From NCBI GenBank assembly GCA_947449695.1, contig CANFST010000003.1:3248-67247 (forward strand): a stretch of 64,000 nt of DNA, read 5' to 3'. The DNA comes from Chitinophagales bacterium. GTDB lineage: Bacteria; Bacteroidota; Bacteroidia; Chitinophagales; CAIODY01. Position 1 is the stretch's first letter, and each line of letters starts with the position of its first letter. Positions 50,554 through 59,206 of the stretch are shown here, piece by piece. The translations under genes were made by a program, and so were the position numbers. The notes beneath the pieces were generated by a model. That model did no database searches, was not told the origin of the DNA, and saw only the letters and a program-made list of their open reading frames with translations.

Positions 50554-51549
50554 ATGCTTATGACCGACAATCAAAACAACAGTCTGAATATGACTAACAC
50601 GGCTACAGGATTTATGGATAAAAACGTAGCCATATTCACCGCCAACACAAAAGTTACCACACTTTTAGCAGCCATCAAAGGCACAGTAGTTTCAATCAAT
50701 CAAACCGCCACCACACAAGGTTTAGACAGCACAGGCGCAACCACCAACAAAAAGAATTTACATCAAATTGCAAATGATAAAGCCGAGCATGTATGCTTCG
50801 GATTACGTGCCTATGCCGATGACATCAACGACCCAATTTTAGCATCAGCCATTCATTTCACACACTCCGATTTTATTTTAGGCACAACTGCCGAAATCGT
50901 TAATCGTATGCAATTAGTCCACGATAAAGCAACAGGAATAGCTATTGCATCACTAACACCATTCAATGTTGTAGCCACAGATATTACCGATTTGCAAACA
51001 GCAATCACAAATTACAGCAATGCTGCACCAACTAAAAAAGTGATGCAAGCAGCAGCCACAGCAGCCACAGCACAACTCAATACACTATTTACAACATTGC
51101 GTACCCAATGGGCTAAAATGGATAATTTGGTAAAAACCTACAAAGCAGCGCAACCCGTTTTTGTAGCAGGATATACCAATGCACGAAAAATAATTGATTT
51201 AGGAAAAACAATGCAAGCCGAAGAATTGCATTTAATGCCACATCATTTTGAGGCAATATTTGGAAAAAAATTTCAAGAAGGCGACACCTTTACCATTCGC
51301 AATCACAGCACCGTTCCAGTTGAATTAGCATTGACCGATACACCAGCTACAATGCCTACAGCCAACAAAATAAAAGTAGAAGCAAATGCTGAATTACAGG
51401 CATCAGTTTCAAAAGATTTTGGTGGCATATTCGCCCATTGGCTCATCGTCAACAATCCCAACGATATTGACGATGCACATGTAACCATCATATTAGCACA
51501 TGGCAAATCAAACAGCAGTGCAGCACCAATCGGCAACGTATCAGCATAA
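50554..51549 (+). CDS. Hypothetical Thr/Ala-rich protein (helical N-terminal two thirds, beta-rich C-terminal ~110 aa)
   Basis: There is no signal peptide and no motif I recognise. The coding frame is clear and it ends at a strong terminator. Confidence 0.5.
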   Translation: MLMTDNQNNSLNMTNTATGFMDKNVAIFTANTKVTTLLAAIKGTVVSINQTATTQGLDSTGATTNKKNLHQIANDKAEHVCFGLRAYADDINDPILASAIHFTHSDFILGTTAEIVNRMQLVHDKATGIAIASLTPFNVVATDITDLQTAITNYSNAAPTKKVMQAAATAATAQLNTLFTTLRTQWAKMDNLVKTYKAAQPVFVAGYTNARKIIDLGKTMQAEELHLMPHHFEAIFGKKFQEGDTFTIRNHSTVPVELALTDTPATMPTANKIKVEANAELQASVSKDFGGIFAHWLIVNNPNDIDDAHVTIILAHGKSNSSAAPIGNVSA

Positions 51550-51561
51550 ACTTAAAATAGC

Positions 51562-51593
51562 AAAAAGGCAATCAGTTTTTGATTGCCTTTTTC
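51562..51593 (+). terminator. Strong rho-independent terminator closing the three-gene operon
   Basis: AAAAGGCAATC, loop agttttt, GATTGCCTTTT, followed by TC. Confidence 0.8.
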
Positions 51594-51632
51594 AATAAAC
51601 AAAATGAAGACAACTAAAAACAAACCTTATTG

Positions 51633-51649
51633 TTCTTTGCGCCTTTGCG
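51633..51649 (+). repeat. 17-mer TTCTTTGCGCCTTTGCG (copy 2)
   Basis: It matches 50495-50511 at 16 of 17 positions. An inverted partial copy, AAAAGCGCAAAAG, lies at 51944-51956. Confidence 0.7.
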
Positions 51650-51777
51650 AGATAATTAAAAATAAAAACGAGAACACTTAAAACTCCAACCCGACACCAA
51701 AAAACAAAGTCGGGCATACTATAAACTAACTCACGATAATAGAAAAATAAAACGAGGCAATAAAAAACAATTTTACC

Positions 51778-51835
51778 CCTGCAAAAAAGTCAGACCCGAC
51801 AACATAAAAATAATTACAGCCTGCAAAAAAGTCAG
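51778..51835 (+). repeat. Direct repeat CCTGCAAAAAAGTCAG, two copies, 42-bp period
   Basis: The copies are perfect 16-mers at 51778-51793 and 51820-51835. Confidence 0.75.
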
Positions 51836-51977
51836 TTTAGACCATAAAAAACTACCCAAAGACCTCAAAAAACAAAACCTTGATAACAGGAAATAAAATC
51901 AGCCACCCCGACGAATACAGCTCGACTGTTTCATACACTCTTAAAAAGCGCAAAAGCCTTTAATCTGCATCTATGTG

Positions 51978-52712
51978 CTATTTGTTCCAAATCTCCCAGG
52001 CCGCTTCAGCCTGAGCTTTCAGCATTCCTAAACCATTTTGGGTAGTTGCGCCTTTTGCTTTTGCTTTTTTCAGGAAAAGCGTCTCTTCAGGATTATAAAT
52101 CAAATCATAACACAAGTGTTGCCAATTCAATAAATCATAAGGAATTGCAGGTGCTTCATCCACATTCGGAAACATGCCTAACGGTGTGCAATTGATGATA
52201 ACTTTGAAATCTCTCATCACAAATAAATTGATGTCAGCATAACTTAATTGATTAATGCCTGGCGTTCGGCTTACAATTAAATATTGAATACCGATTTTTC
52301 TTAGCACAAACTCAACAGCTTTAGTTGCGCCGCCATTTCCCAAAATCAACGCTTTAGCATGATGTGGTTTTACCAATGGTGAAAATGTTTTTTCAAAACC
52401 AATTACATCGGTGTTAAAACCAATCGTTTTGCCTTCTGAAATCTTAATGCAGTTCACAGCACCAACTGCTTTAGCTGTTTCATCCAATTCATCCAAATGC
52501 TTTATCACTGTTTGCTTGTGAGGAATAGTAACGTTTAATCCAACCAGATTTTTTTCTTCCGAAATTAATTTTGGAAACGATGGAATATTTTCGATTTCAA
52601 AATTTTCGTACACACAATTCTGTAATTTTTCTGTTGCAAATTTTTCTTCAAAATATCTTTTTGAAAAAGAATGCGAAAGTGGAAAGCCAATAAGTCCGTA
52701 TCGTTTTTGCAT
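51978..52712 (-). CDS. aroE: Shikimate dehydrogenase
   Basis: YGLIGFPLSHSFS, NVTIPHK and LGNGGATKA are present. Confidence 0.9.
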   Translation of the reverse strand: MQKRYGLIGFPLSHSFSKRYFEEKFATEKLQNCVYENFEIENIPSFPKLISEEKNLVGLNVTIPHKQTVIKHLDELDETAKAVGAVNCIKISEGKTIGFNTDVIGFEKTFSPLVKPHHAKALILGNGGATKAVEFVLRKIGIQYLIVSRTPGINQLSYADINLFVMRDFKVIINCTPLGMFPNVDEAPAIPYDLLNWQHLCYDLIYNPEETLFLKKAKAKGATTQNGLGMLKAQAEAAWEIWNK

Positions 52713-52819
52713 CGAAAAAAATTAACAAAAATACTTTTCTCAAAAGTAATTATTGCTATCACAATAGGCGGTGTTTTATTTTCTTTGTAGTTCATCAAAA
52801 AACAATAACCAATTCAAAC

Positions 52820-55800
52820 ATGAAACAACTCATCTTCGGAACATTGATGCTGCTTGGGTTTGCAGCCTCAGCACAAACGAATGCACAACTGATAAAAAAC
52901 AATGGCAACCGACCAATTGACCCAGCAATCAAAAAAGCTTTGGGAACAAAAGAAGAAATGATGAGCAAAGGCGGTGATGTAAAAGCTGGCAACGTTGAAA
53001 TGCAAACTTTTACTGGCGACCCTTTGCATACTCGTAAATACACGTTGCCAAATGGTTTGCAAATTTGGATTACGGTTAATAAAAACGAACCACGTTGTCA
53101 AACGATGATTGCTGTGAAAACAGGTAGCAAAAACGACCCAGCTGACCACACAGGTTTGGCGCATTACTTGGAACACATGATGTTTAAAGGCACCGACCAA
53201 TATGGCTCGAAAGATTTTTCAAAAGAAAAACCGTTGTTGGATGAAATTGAAAATTTGTATGAACAATATGGTGCTGAAAAAAATGATGATAAACGAAAAG
53301 CTATTTATCATGTGATTGATAGTGTAAGCGGTTTAGCTGCGAAATGGGCAATTGCCAATGAGTATGATAAAATGGTGAGCAACTTGGGAGCCAAGGGCAC
53401 CAACGCTTTCACGTCAACCGATATGACAGTTTATGTGAATGATATTCCGGTAAACCAAATGGAAAAATGGGTGAACATTGAAGCTGAAAGATTTCGCAAT
53501 CCGCAATTGCGTTTGTTTCATACTGAATTGGAAGCCGTGTACGAAGAAAAAAATCGTACGTTAGATAATGATGGTAGAAAAGTGGAAGAAGCTTTGATGG
53601 CAAGCCTTTTCAAGCATCATAGTTATGGTACACAAACTACGATTGGAACAATTGAACATTTGAAATCGCCATCAATTACAGCTATCAAAAAATATTACAA
53701 CGAGCATTATGTGCCTAACAATATGGCAATCATTATCAGTGGCGATGTTGACCCTGATAAAACAGTAGAATTGATTAAACAACATTTTGGTTACATGGCT
53801 TCAAAACCTGTTGCGCCTTATATTTTTCAACCTGAAAAAAAACGCTCAAGCCCCGATGAATTAACAGTTTACGGACCTGATGCCGAAGAAGTAGTGATTG
53901 GTTTTAGAATGAAAGGCAGTAACAGCAACGATTATTTAATGCAAACCATGGTAGATAATTTATTGACTAATGGTGCATCAGGATTGATTGATTTGGATTT
54001 GGTGAAACAACAAAAAGTATTGGGTGCTAACACTGGCGTTGATAATAATTCAGATTACGATGTTTTTCAATTATCAGCAAAAGCTATGCAGGGTCAGAGT
54101 TTGGAGGATTGCAAAAAATTATTGTTAGATGAAATTGAAAAATTAAAATCAGGCAACTTTGATGAAAGCATGATTGCGGCTGGTGTTACAAATATGAAAG
54201 TGCAAGAAATGCGTTCGATGGAAAGCAATGGTGGCAGGGCTTACGGCATCATGAATACTTTTGTTCACAACATGGATTACAATGCTTATATGCATCGCTT
54301 CGATGTGATGAGCAAATTCACCAAACAAAATGTGATGGACTTTGTGAAACAAAATTTCACCAACGATTACACCGTTGTTTACAAAAAAACGGGCGAAGAT
54401 AAAACTACAAAGAAGGTGGTGAAACCAGCAATTACGCCTGTTTCAGTAAATCGTGAAGACCAATCAGAATTTTTAAAACACATCATCAACATGAAAGTGG
54501 AAGATATTCAACCTGTGTTTGTTGATTATAATAAAGCCATCATTTTTGATAAAACAAAAACTGGTTTACCAATTTGGTATGTGCCGAATCATGAAAATAG
54601 TTTGTTTAGTTTATATTATGCCTTTGACATGGGAAGCTTGACAGATAAGACTTTGAGCTTGATGAGCAATTACTTTGATTATTTAGGAACTGACAAAATG
54701 AGTTCGGAAGACATCAGCAAAGAGATGTATAAAATCGGTTGTAAGTTTGATGTGAATGTTGGCAGAGACAATATGTATGTGAGCATTAATGGTCCGCAAG
54801 AAAAAATGCAACAAGCCATTGGTTTATTTGAAAATGTATTGAATAATTGCAAACCTAATGCTGATGCGCTTTCTAAGTTGGTTGATAATGTGATAAAAGA
54901 ACGTGGTGATGCGAAGAAAAACAAAAATGTGATTCGTCAGCGATTGATGGATTATGCCAATTATGGCGCAAACAATCCTTCTACTTTTATTTTGAAAAAT
55001 GAAGAATTGAAAGCATTAAAAGCCGATGATTTGGCAGCAAAAATTCACAACCTGAAAAATTTCAAACATCGTATTTATTATTATGGGCCAGCTGATATAG
55101 CTGATGTTACAGGTATCATCAATCAATTACATCAAACCGCAGCACAACCGCAAGAAGTGCCTGCTGTAACTGATTTTGCAAGAAAAGAAATGAAAGAAAA
55201 TGAAGTTTATTTTGTTGATTATCCGATGGTACAAGCTGAAATTATGTGGACACATAAAGGCGAAAATTGGAACGCAGCGCAATATCCTGATGTGCGATTA
55301 TTCAATGAATATTTTGGTGGCTCGATGAGTGGAATTGTGTTTCAAACTATCCGCGAATCTAAAGCGCTTGCTTATTCTACCAACGCACGATATAATGCGC
55401 CCAGCAAAAAGGAAGACCCGTTTTATATGACTGCTTATGTGGGTACACAAGCTGATAAATTTAATGAAGCTACCAAGGGAATGAATGAATTATTGACCGA
55501 TTTACCATCGTCAGATAAGAATTTGCAATTAGCAAAAGATGCCATTAAAAATCAAATTCAAAGCGAAAGAATTACAAGAACTGCTTTGTTATTCAATTTG
55601 CAAAACAACAAGAAATTGGGATTGAATTATGACATCAGAAAAGATGCTTACGACAAATTACCAACTATGACGACAACCGATGTTGCAAAATTCTTCGACA
55701 ACAACATTAAAGGAAAAGCTTACAGTTATTGTGTTTTAGCATCCTCAAAAAAAGTGAACAAAGCTGATTTAGAAAAAATTGGCAAAGTAACCGAGTTGAA

Positions 55801-55825
55801 ATTGGATGATATTTTTGGGTATTAA
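52820..55825 (+). CDS. Secreted M16 (insulinase/pitrilysin) family zinc peptidase, double-length
   Basis: It has a signal peptide and the zinc motif HYLEHMMFKG (HxxEH). A second M16-like half follows. Confidence 0.85.
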   Translation: MKQLIFGTLMLLGFAASAQTNAQLIKNNGNRPIDPAIKKALGTKEEMMSKGGDVKAGNVEMQTFTGDPLHTRKYTLPNGLQIWITVNKNEPRCQTMIAVKTGSKNDPADHTGLAHYLEHMMFKGTDQYGSKDFSKEKPLLDEIENLYEQYGAEKNDDKRKAIYHVIDSVSGLAAKWAIANEYDKMVSNLGAKGTNAFTSTDMTVYVNDIPVNQMEKWVNIEAERFRNPQLRLFHTELEAVYEEKNRTLDNDGRKVEEALMASLFKHHSYGTQTTIGTIEHLKSPSITAIKKYYNEHYVPNNMAIIISGDVDPDKTVELIKQHFGYMASKPVAPYIFQPEKKRSSPDELTVYGPDAEEVVIGFRMKGSNSNDYLMQTMVDNLLTNGASGLIDLDLVKQQKVLGANTGVDNNSDYDVFQLSAKAMQGQSLEDCKKLLLDEIEKLKSGNFDESMIAAGVTNMKVQEMRSMESNGGRAYGIMNTFVHNMDYNAYMHRFDVMSKFTKQNVMDFVKQNFTNDYTVVYKKTGEDKTTKKVVKPAITPVSVNREDQSEFLKHIINMKVEDIQPVFVDYNKAIIFDKTKTGLPIWYVPNHENSLFSLYYAFDMGSLTDKTLSLMSNYFDYLGTDKMSSEDISKEMYKIGCKFDVNVGRDNMYVSINGPQEKMQQAIGLFENVLNNCKPNADALSKLVDNVIKERGDAKKNKNVIRQRLMDYANYGANNPSTFILKNEELKALKADDLAAKIHNLKNFKHRIYYYGPADIADVTGIINQLHQTAAQPQEVPAVTDFARKEMKENEVYFVDYPMVQAEIMWTHKGENWNAAQYPDVRLFNEYFGGSMSGIVFQTIRESKALAYSTNARYNAPSKKEDPFYMTAYVGTQADKFNEATKGMNELLTDLPSSDKNLQLAKDAIKNQIQSERITRTALLFNLQNNKKLGLNYDIRKDAYDKLPTMTTTDVAKFFDNNIKGKAYSYCVLASSKKVNKADLEKIGKVTELKLDDIFGY

Positions 55826-55843
55826 TTCAACCGCATAAAACCC

Positions 55844-55884
55844 AAAAAGCCCTGTTGTTAAACACTTCAGGGCTTTTTTATTTT
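55844..55884 (+). terminator. Rho-independent terminator after the M16 peptidase gene
   Basis: AAAAAGCCCTG pairs with CAGGGCTTTTT across a 13-nt loop, followed by TATTTTT. Confidence 0.7.
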
Positions 55885-55986
55885 TCATATTCCACTATTA
55901 AAAAAGTTATTAACCGATGCTGCTGTTATCATTATTTGATTTTTTGAATAGTAAAACATTTCTTTGCAAAAATTAAAACCATCAGG

Positions 55987-58323
55987 ATGGCAAAAAATTT
56001 ATTGATTGTTGAGTCGCCTGCGAAAGCAAAAACTATTGAAAAATATTTGGGTGAAGATTTTAAAGTAGTGAGTAGCAAAGGACATATTCGCGATTTGGCA
56101 AAAGGCGACAAAGGTGTTGATATTGTTAATGGTTTCAAGCCTAATTATATTATAAGTGAAGACAAAGCTGATGTGGTAAAAGAGCTTCAGAAGTTGGCTA
56201 AATCATCGCAAGAAGTTTGGCTGGCAACGGATGAAGACCGTGAAGGAGAGGCAATTAGCTGGCACTTATGCGAAGCTTTAAACCTGGATGTAAAAAATAC
56301 AAAGCGAATTGTTTTTCATGAAATTACTAAGTCTGCCATTCAGGAAGCGATTACTAAACCACGAAAAGTGGATATCAATTTAGTAGATGCACAACAAGCA
56401 CGAAGAGTGTTGGATAGAATTGTGGGCTTTGAATTATCCCCTATTTTATGGCGTAAACTTTCGGCTGGAAGTGGCTTGAGTGCTGGTCGTGTGCAATCTG
56501 TTGCGGTAAGATTAATTGTTGAAAAAGAAAGAGAAATTATTGCACACAATACAAAAAGTTTTTTCAAAGTATCTGCTATTTTAACAGCCGAACGAGATGG
56601 GAAATTAATATCGTTCAAAGCTGAATTACCGAAAAAGTATGAGCTGCAAGGTGATGCTGAAAAGTTTTTAACCAGTTGTAAAAATGCATCTTACACGGTA
56701 ACCAATGTAGATGTAAGACCTGGTAAACGTACGCCTGCTGCGCCTTTCACCACTTCCACTTTGCAACAAGAAGCTTCACGTAAATTATACATGAACGTTT
56801 CAAAAACAATGATGTTGGCGCAACGCTTATATGAAGCAGGGCACATCACTTATATGAGAACCGACTCGGTGAATTTAAGTGAACAGGCTTTGAAAAACGC
56901 ACAGCAGCAAATCAAAAAATTATACGGCGAAAATTATCACAAGCAACGTCATTACACTGGTAAAACCGCTAATGCACAAGAAGCGCATGAAGCCATTCGT
57001 CCAACCGATTTAGCCAATATTGATATTGATGTAGAAAGCGACCAATTGCGCTTGTATCAATTGATTTGGCGAAGAACTATTGCTTCGCAAATGGAAGATG
57101 CAGTGTTAGAAAAAACAGTTGCAACCATTGAAATTTCAACCAACAAAGAAAATTTAACAGCCACTGGTGAAGTAATAAAATTTGATGGGTTTTTGAAAGT
57201 GTATATGGAAGACACTGATGAAGAAAATGAAGATGATGAAAAAGAAAGTTTGTTGCCGCCATTAAAAGTAAATCAAGAAGTTGGTTTTAAAGAAATGACT
57301 GCTGTGCAACGTTTTTCGCAACCGCCATCCAGATATACGGAAGCAAGTTTGGTAAAAAAATTAGAAGAGCTGGGCATCGGTCGTCCGTCAACTTATGCGC
57401 CTACAATTAATACGGTTCAACAACGTGGTTATGTAGAAAAGAAAATTAAAGAAGGCACCGAACGTGCTTATTTGGTATACACTTTAACCGATAAAAACGA
57501 AGTTAAAAATCAAACCAAAACTGAAATTACTGGCGTTGAAAAAAATAAATTATCGCCAACTGATTTGGGATTATTAACCAATGATTTTTTGGTAGAGCAT
57601 TTTAAAAATGTATTGGATTATACCTTCACAGCCCGAATTGAAGCTGAGTTTGATGAAATTGCCGATGGCAAATTGAAATGGCCAAAAATGCTGGATGAAT
57701 TCTACAAACCATTTCATGGAATTGTAGAGCATACCATTGAAAATGCTGAAAGGGTGAGTGGCGAACGTGATTTGGGTATCGACCCTAAGAGTGGTAAAAA
57801 AGTAATTGCACGTATGGGGCGTTATGGTCCGATGGTACAAATTGGTGAATCAACAGAAGACGAGAATGATAAACCAAAGTTTTCTAAACTTAAGCCCAAT
57901 CAAAGTATCAGCACGATAACTTTAGAAGAAGCGTTGGAATGTTTTGCATTGCCACGAGTGGTTGGTCAATTTGAAGAAAAAGATTTAACAGTGAATATTG
58001 GTCGCTTTGGCGCTTATGTAGCACACGATGGCAAGTTTTATAGTTTGAAAAAAACACACGACCCTTACACTATTACTTCGGCGGAAGCCATTGAAGTGAT
58101 AGAAGAAAAACGCAACAGCATTTTACGAGTTTTTGAAGGCACTGATATTTCTATTGTTGTTGGTCGATGGGGACCTTACATTAAAGCAGGTAAGAAAAAT
58201 GTGAAACTACCTAAGGATGCTGATGTGAAAAAAATTAAGTTGGGAGAAATCATGCCTTTAATAGAAGCTGCACCCGAAGCCAAACCACGTGGTTGGGCGG
58301 CAAGAAAAAAAGCGAAAAAATAA
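55987..58323 (+). CDS. topA: DNA topoisomerase I
   Basis: The TOPRIM domain reads LLIVESPAKAKTIEKYLG and DEDREGE. The catalytic Tyr region is GHITYMRTDS. Cys-less C-terminal repeats are RYGPMVQIG, RFGAYVAHDG and RWGPYIKAG. Confidence 0.95.
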   Translation: MAKNLLIVESPAKAKTIEKYLGEDFKVVSSKGHIRDLAKGDKGVDIVNGFKPNYIISEDKADVVKELQKLAKSSQEVWLATDEDREGEAISWHLCEALNLDVKNTKRIVFHEITKSAIQEAITKPRKVDINLVDAQQARRVLDRIVGFELSPILWRKLSAGSGLSAGRVQSVAVRLIVEKEREIIAHNTKSFFKVSAILTAERDGKLISFKAELPKKYELQGDAEKFLTSCKNASYTVTNVDVRPGKRTPAAPFTTSTLQQEASRKLYMNVSKTMMLAQRLYEAGHITYMRTDSVNLSEQALKNAQQQIKKLYGENYHKQRHYTGKTANAQEAHEAIRPTDLANIDIDVESDQLRLYQLIWRRTIASQMEDAVLEKTVATIEISTNKENLTATGEVIKFDGFLKVYMEDTDEENEDDEKESLLPPLKVNQEVGFKEMTAVQRFSQPPSRYTEASLVKKLEELGIGRPSTYAPTINTVQQRGYVEKKIKEGTERAYLVYTLTDKNEVKNQTKTEITGVEKNKLSPTDLGLLTNDFLVEHFKNVLDYTFTARIEAEFDEIADGKLKWPKMLDEFYKPFHGIVEHTIENAERVSGERDLGIDPKSGKKVIARMGRYGPMVQIGESTEDENDKPKFSKLKPNQSISTITLEEALECFALPRVVGQFEEKDLTVNIGRFGAYVAHDGKFYSLKKTHDPYTITSAEAIEVIEEKRNSILRVFEGTDISIVVGRWGPYIKAGKKNVKLPKDADVKKIKLGEIMPLIEAAPEAKPRGWAARKKAKK

Positions 58324-59205
58324 TTGAGCAACAACATTAAAAATACTGAACTAAAATCGTTGGTGGCATTGTTAGATGACCCCGATGAAGAAGTATTTGA
58401 AAATGTTTTTAATAGGTTGTGTGAATATGGACCAGCCGTTATTCCATCATTAGAAAGTGAATGGATGCACAATCTGGATGAAATGGTGCAGGAGCGATTG
58501 GAAACTTTGATTCACACTATTCAATTTGATTATGTAAAAAGCGAATTGAAAACCTGGGCTTTGAATGATTCAAAAGATTTATTGAAAGGCTTGCTCATCA
58601 TCAATAAATATCAATACCCGGATGCTGATAATCAAAAAATAATTGAGCAAATAGAATTGCTCAAAAAAAATATCTGGATTGAGTTAAATTATCAACTCAC
58701 ACCATTGGAACAAGTGAGAGTGTTTAATTTGATTTTCTTTAAACACAGCAAATACGAACCCAACATCGATAATATTCACGACCCGAAAAATAATTTCATC
58801 AGCCACATTTTAGAATCAAAAAAAAGTAATCCTATCGGTATTGCTTTATTGTATTTATTATTGGCGCAGCAGCTTCGCATGCCTGTTTACGGTGTTTGCC
58901 TGAAACAATATTTTATTCTTTGCTTTATTGATGCTGATATTTTTCACACCGATAGCAGCATGATGAATGCACAGGATATTTTGTTTTATATCAACCCTTA
59001 TAACAAAGGTGCAATTTTTAATAATCAAGAAATCCATGCTTATCTGCGCCGCATGAAACTGGAACCCAAAGACAAATATTTTTATCCAGCCAGCAACATT
59101 GATATTGTAAAAGAATTACTGAACACCATTTTGCAAAACTTTGAAATGCAAGGTGATAAAGAAAAAGCCGAAGAAATTTTGTTTTTAAAAGGATTACTGC
59201 CTTGA
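58324..59205 (+). CDS. Transglutaminase-like / SirB1-family protein (TTG start abutting the topA stop)
   Basis: The HEAT-like N-terminus is LVALLDDPDEEVFENVFNRLCEYGPAVIPSLE. The central segment is SNPIGIALLYLLLAQQLRMPVYGV. Confidence 0.55.
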   Translation: MSNNIKNTELKSLVALLDDPDEEVFENVFNRLCEYGPAVIPSLESEWMHNLDEMVQERLETLIHTIQFDYVKSELKTWALNDSKDLLKGLLIINKYQYPDADNQKIIEQIELLKKNIWIELNYQLTPLEQVRVFNLIFFKHSKYEPNIDNIHDPKNNFISHILESKKSNPIGIALLYLLLAQQLRMPVYGVCLKQYFILCFIDADIFHTDSSMMNAQDILFYINPYNKGAIFNNQEIHAYLRRMKLEPKDKYFYPASNIDIVKELLNTILQNFEMQGDKEKAEEILFLKGLLP

Positions 59206-59206
59206 T

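Noticed and set aside
51778-51835. A possible mini-CRISPR, because a 16-mer repeats at a 42-bp period
   Set aside because: There are only two copies, the repeat is too short, no further units flank it, and no cas genes occur anywhere in the window. It is kept as a plain direct repeat within the non-coding tract finding.
52795-53200. Two minus-strand ORFs (82 and 110 aa) across the start of the M16 peptidase gene
   Set aside because: They are antisense to a gene with a clear signal peptide and HxxEH motif, and they carry no independent signals.
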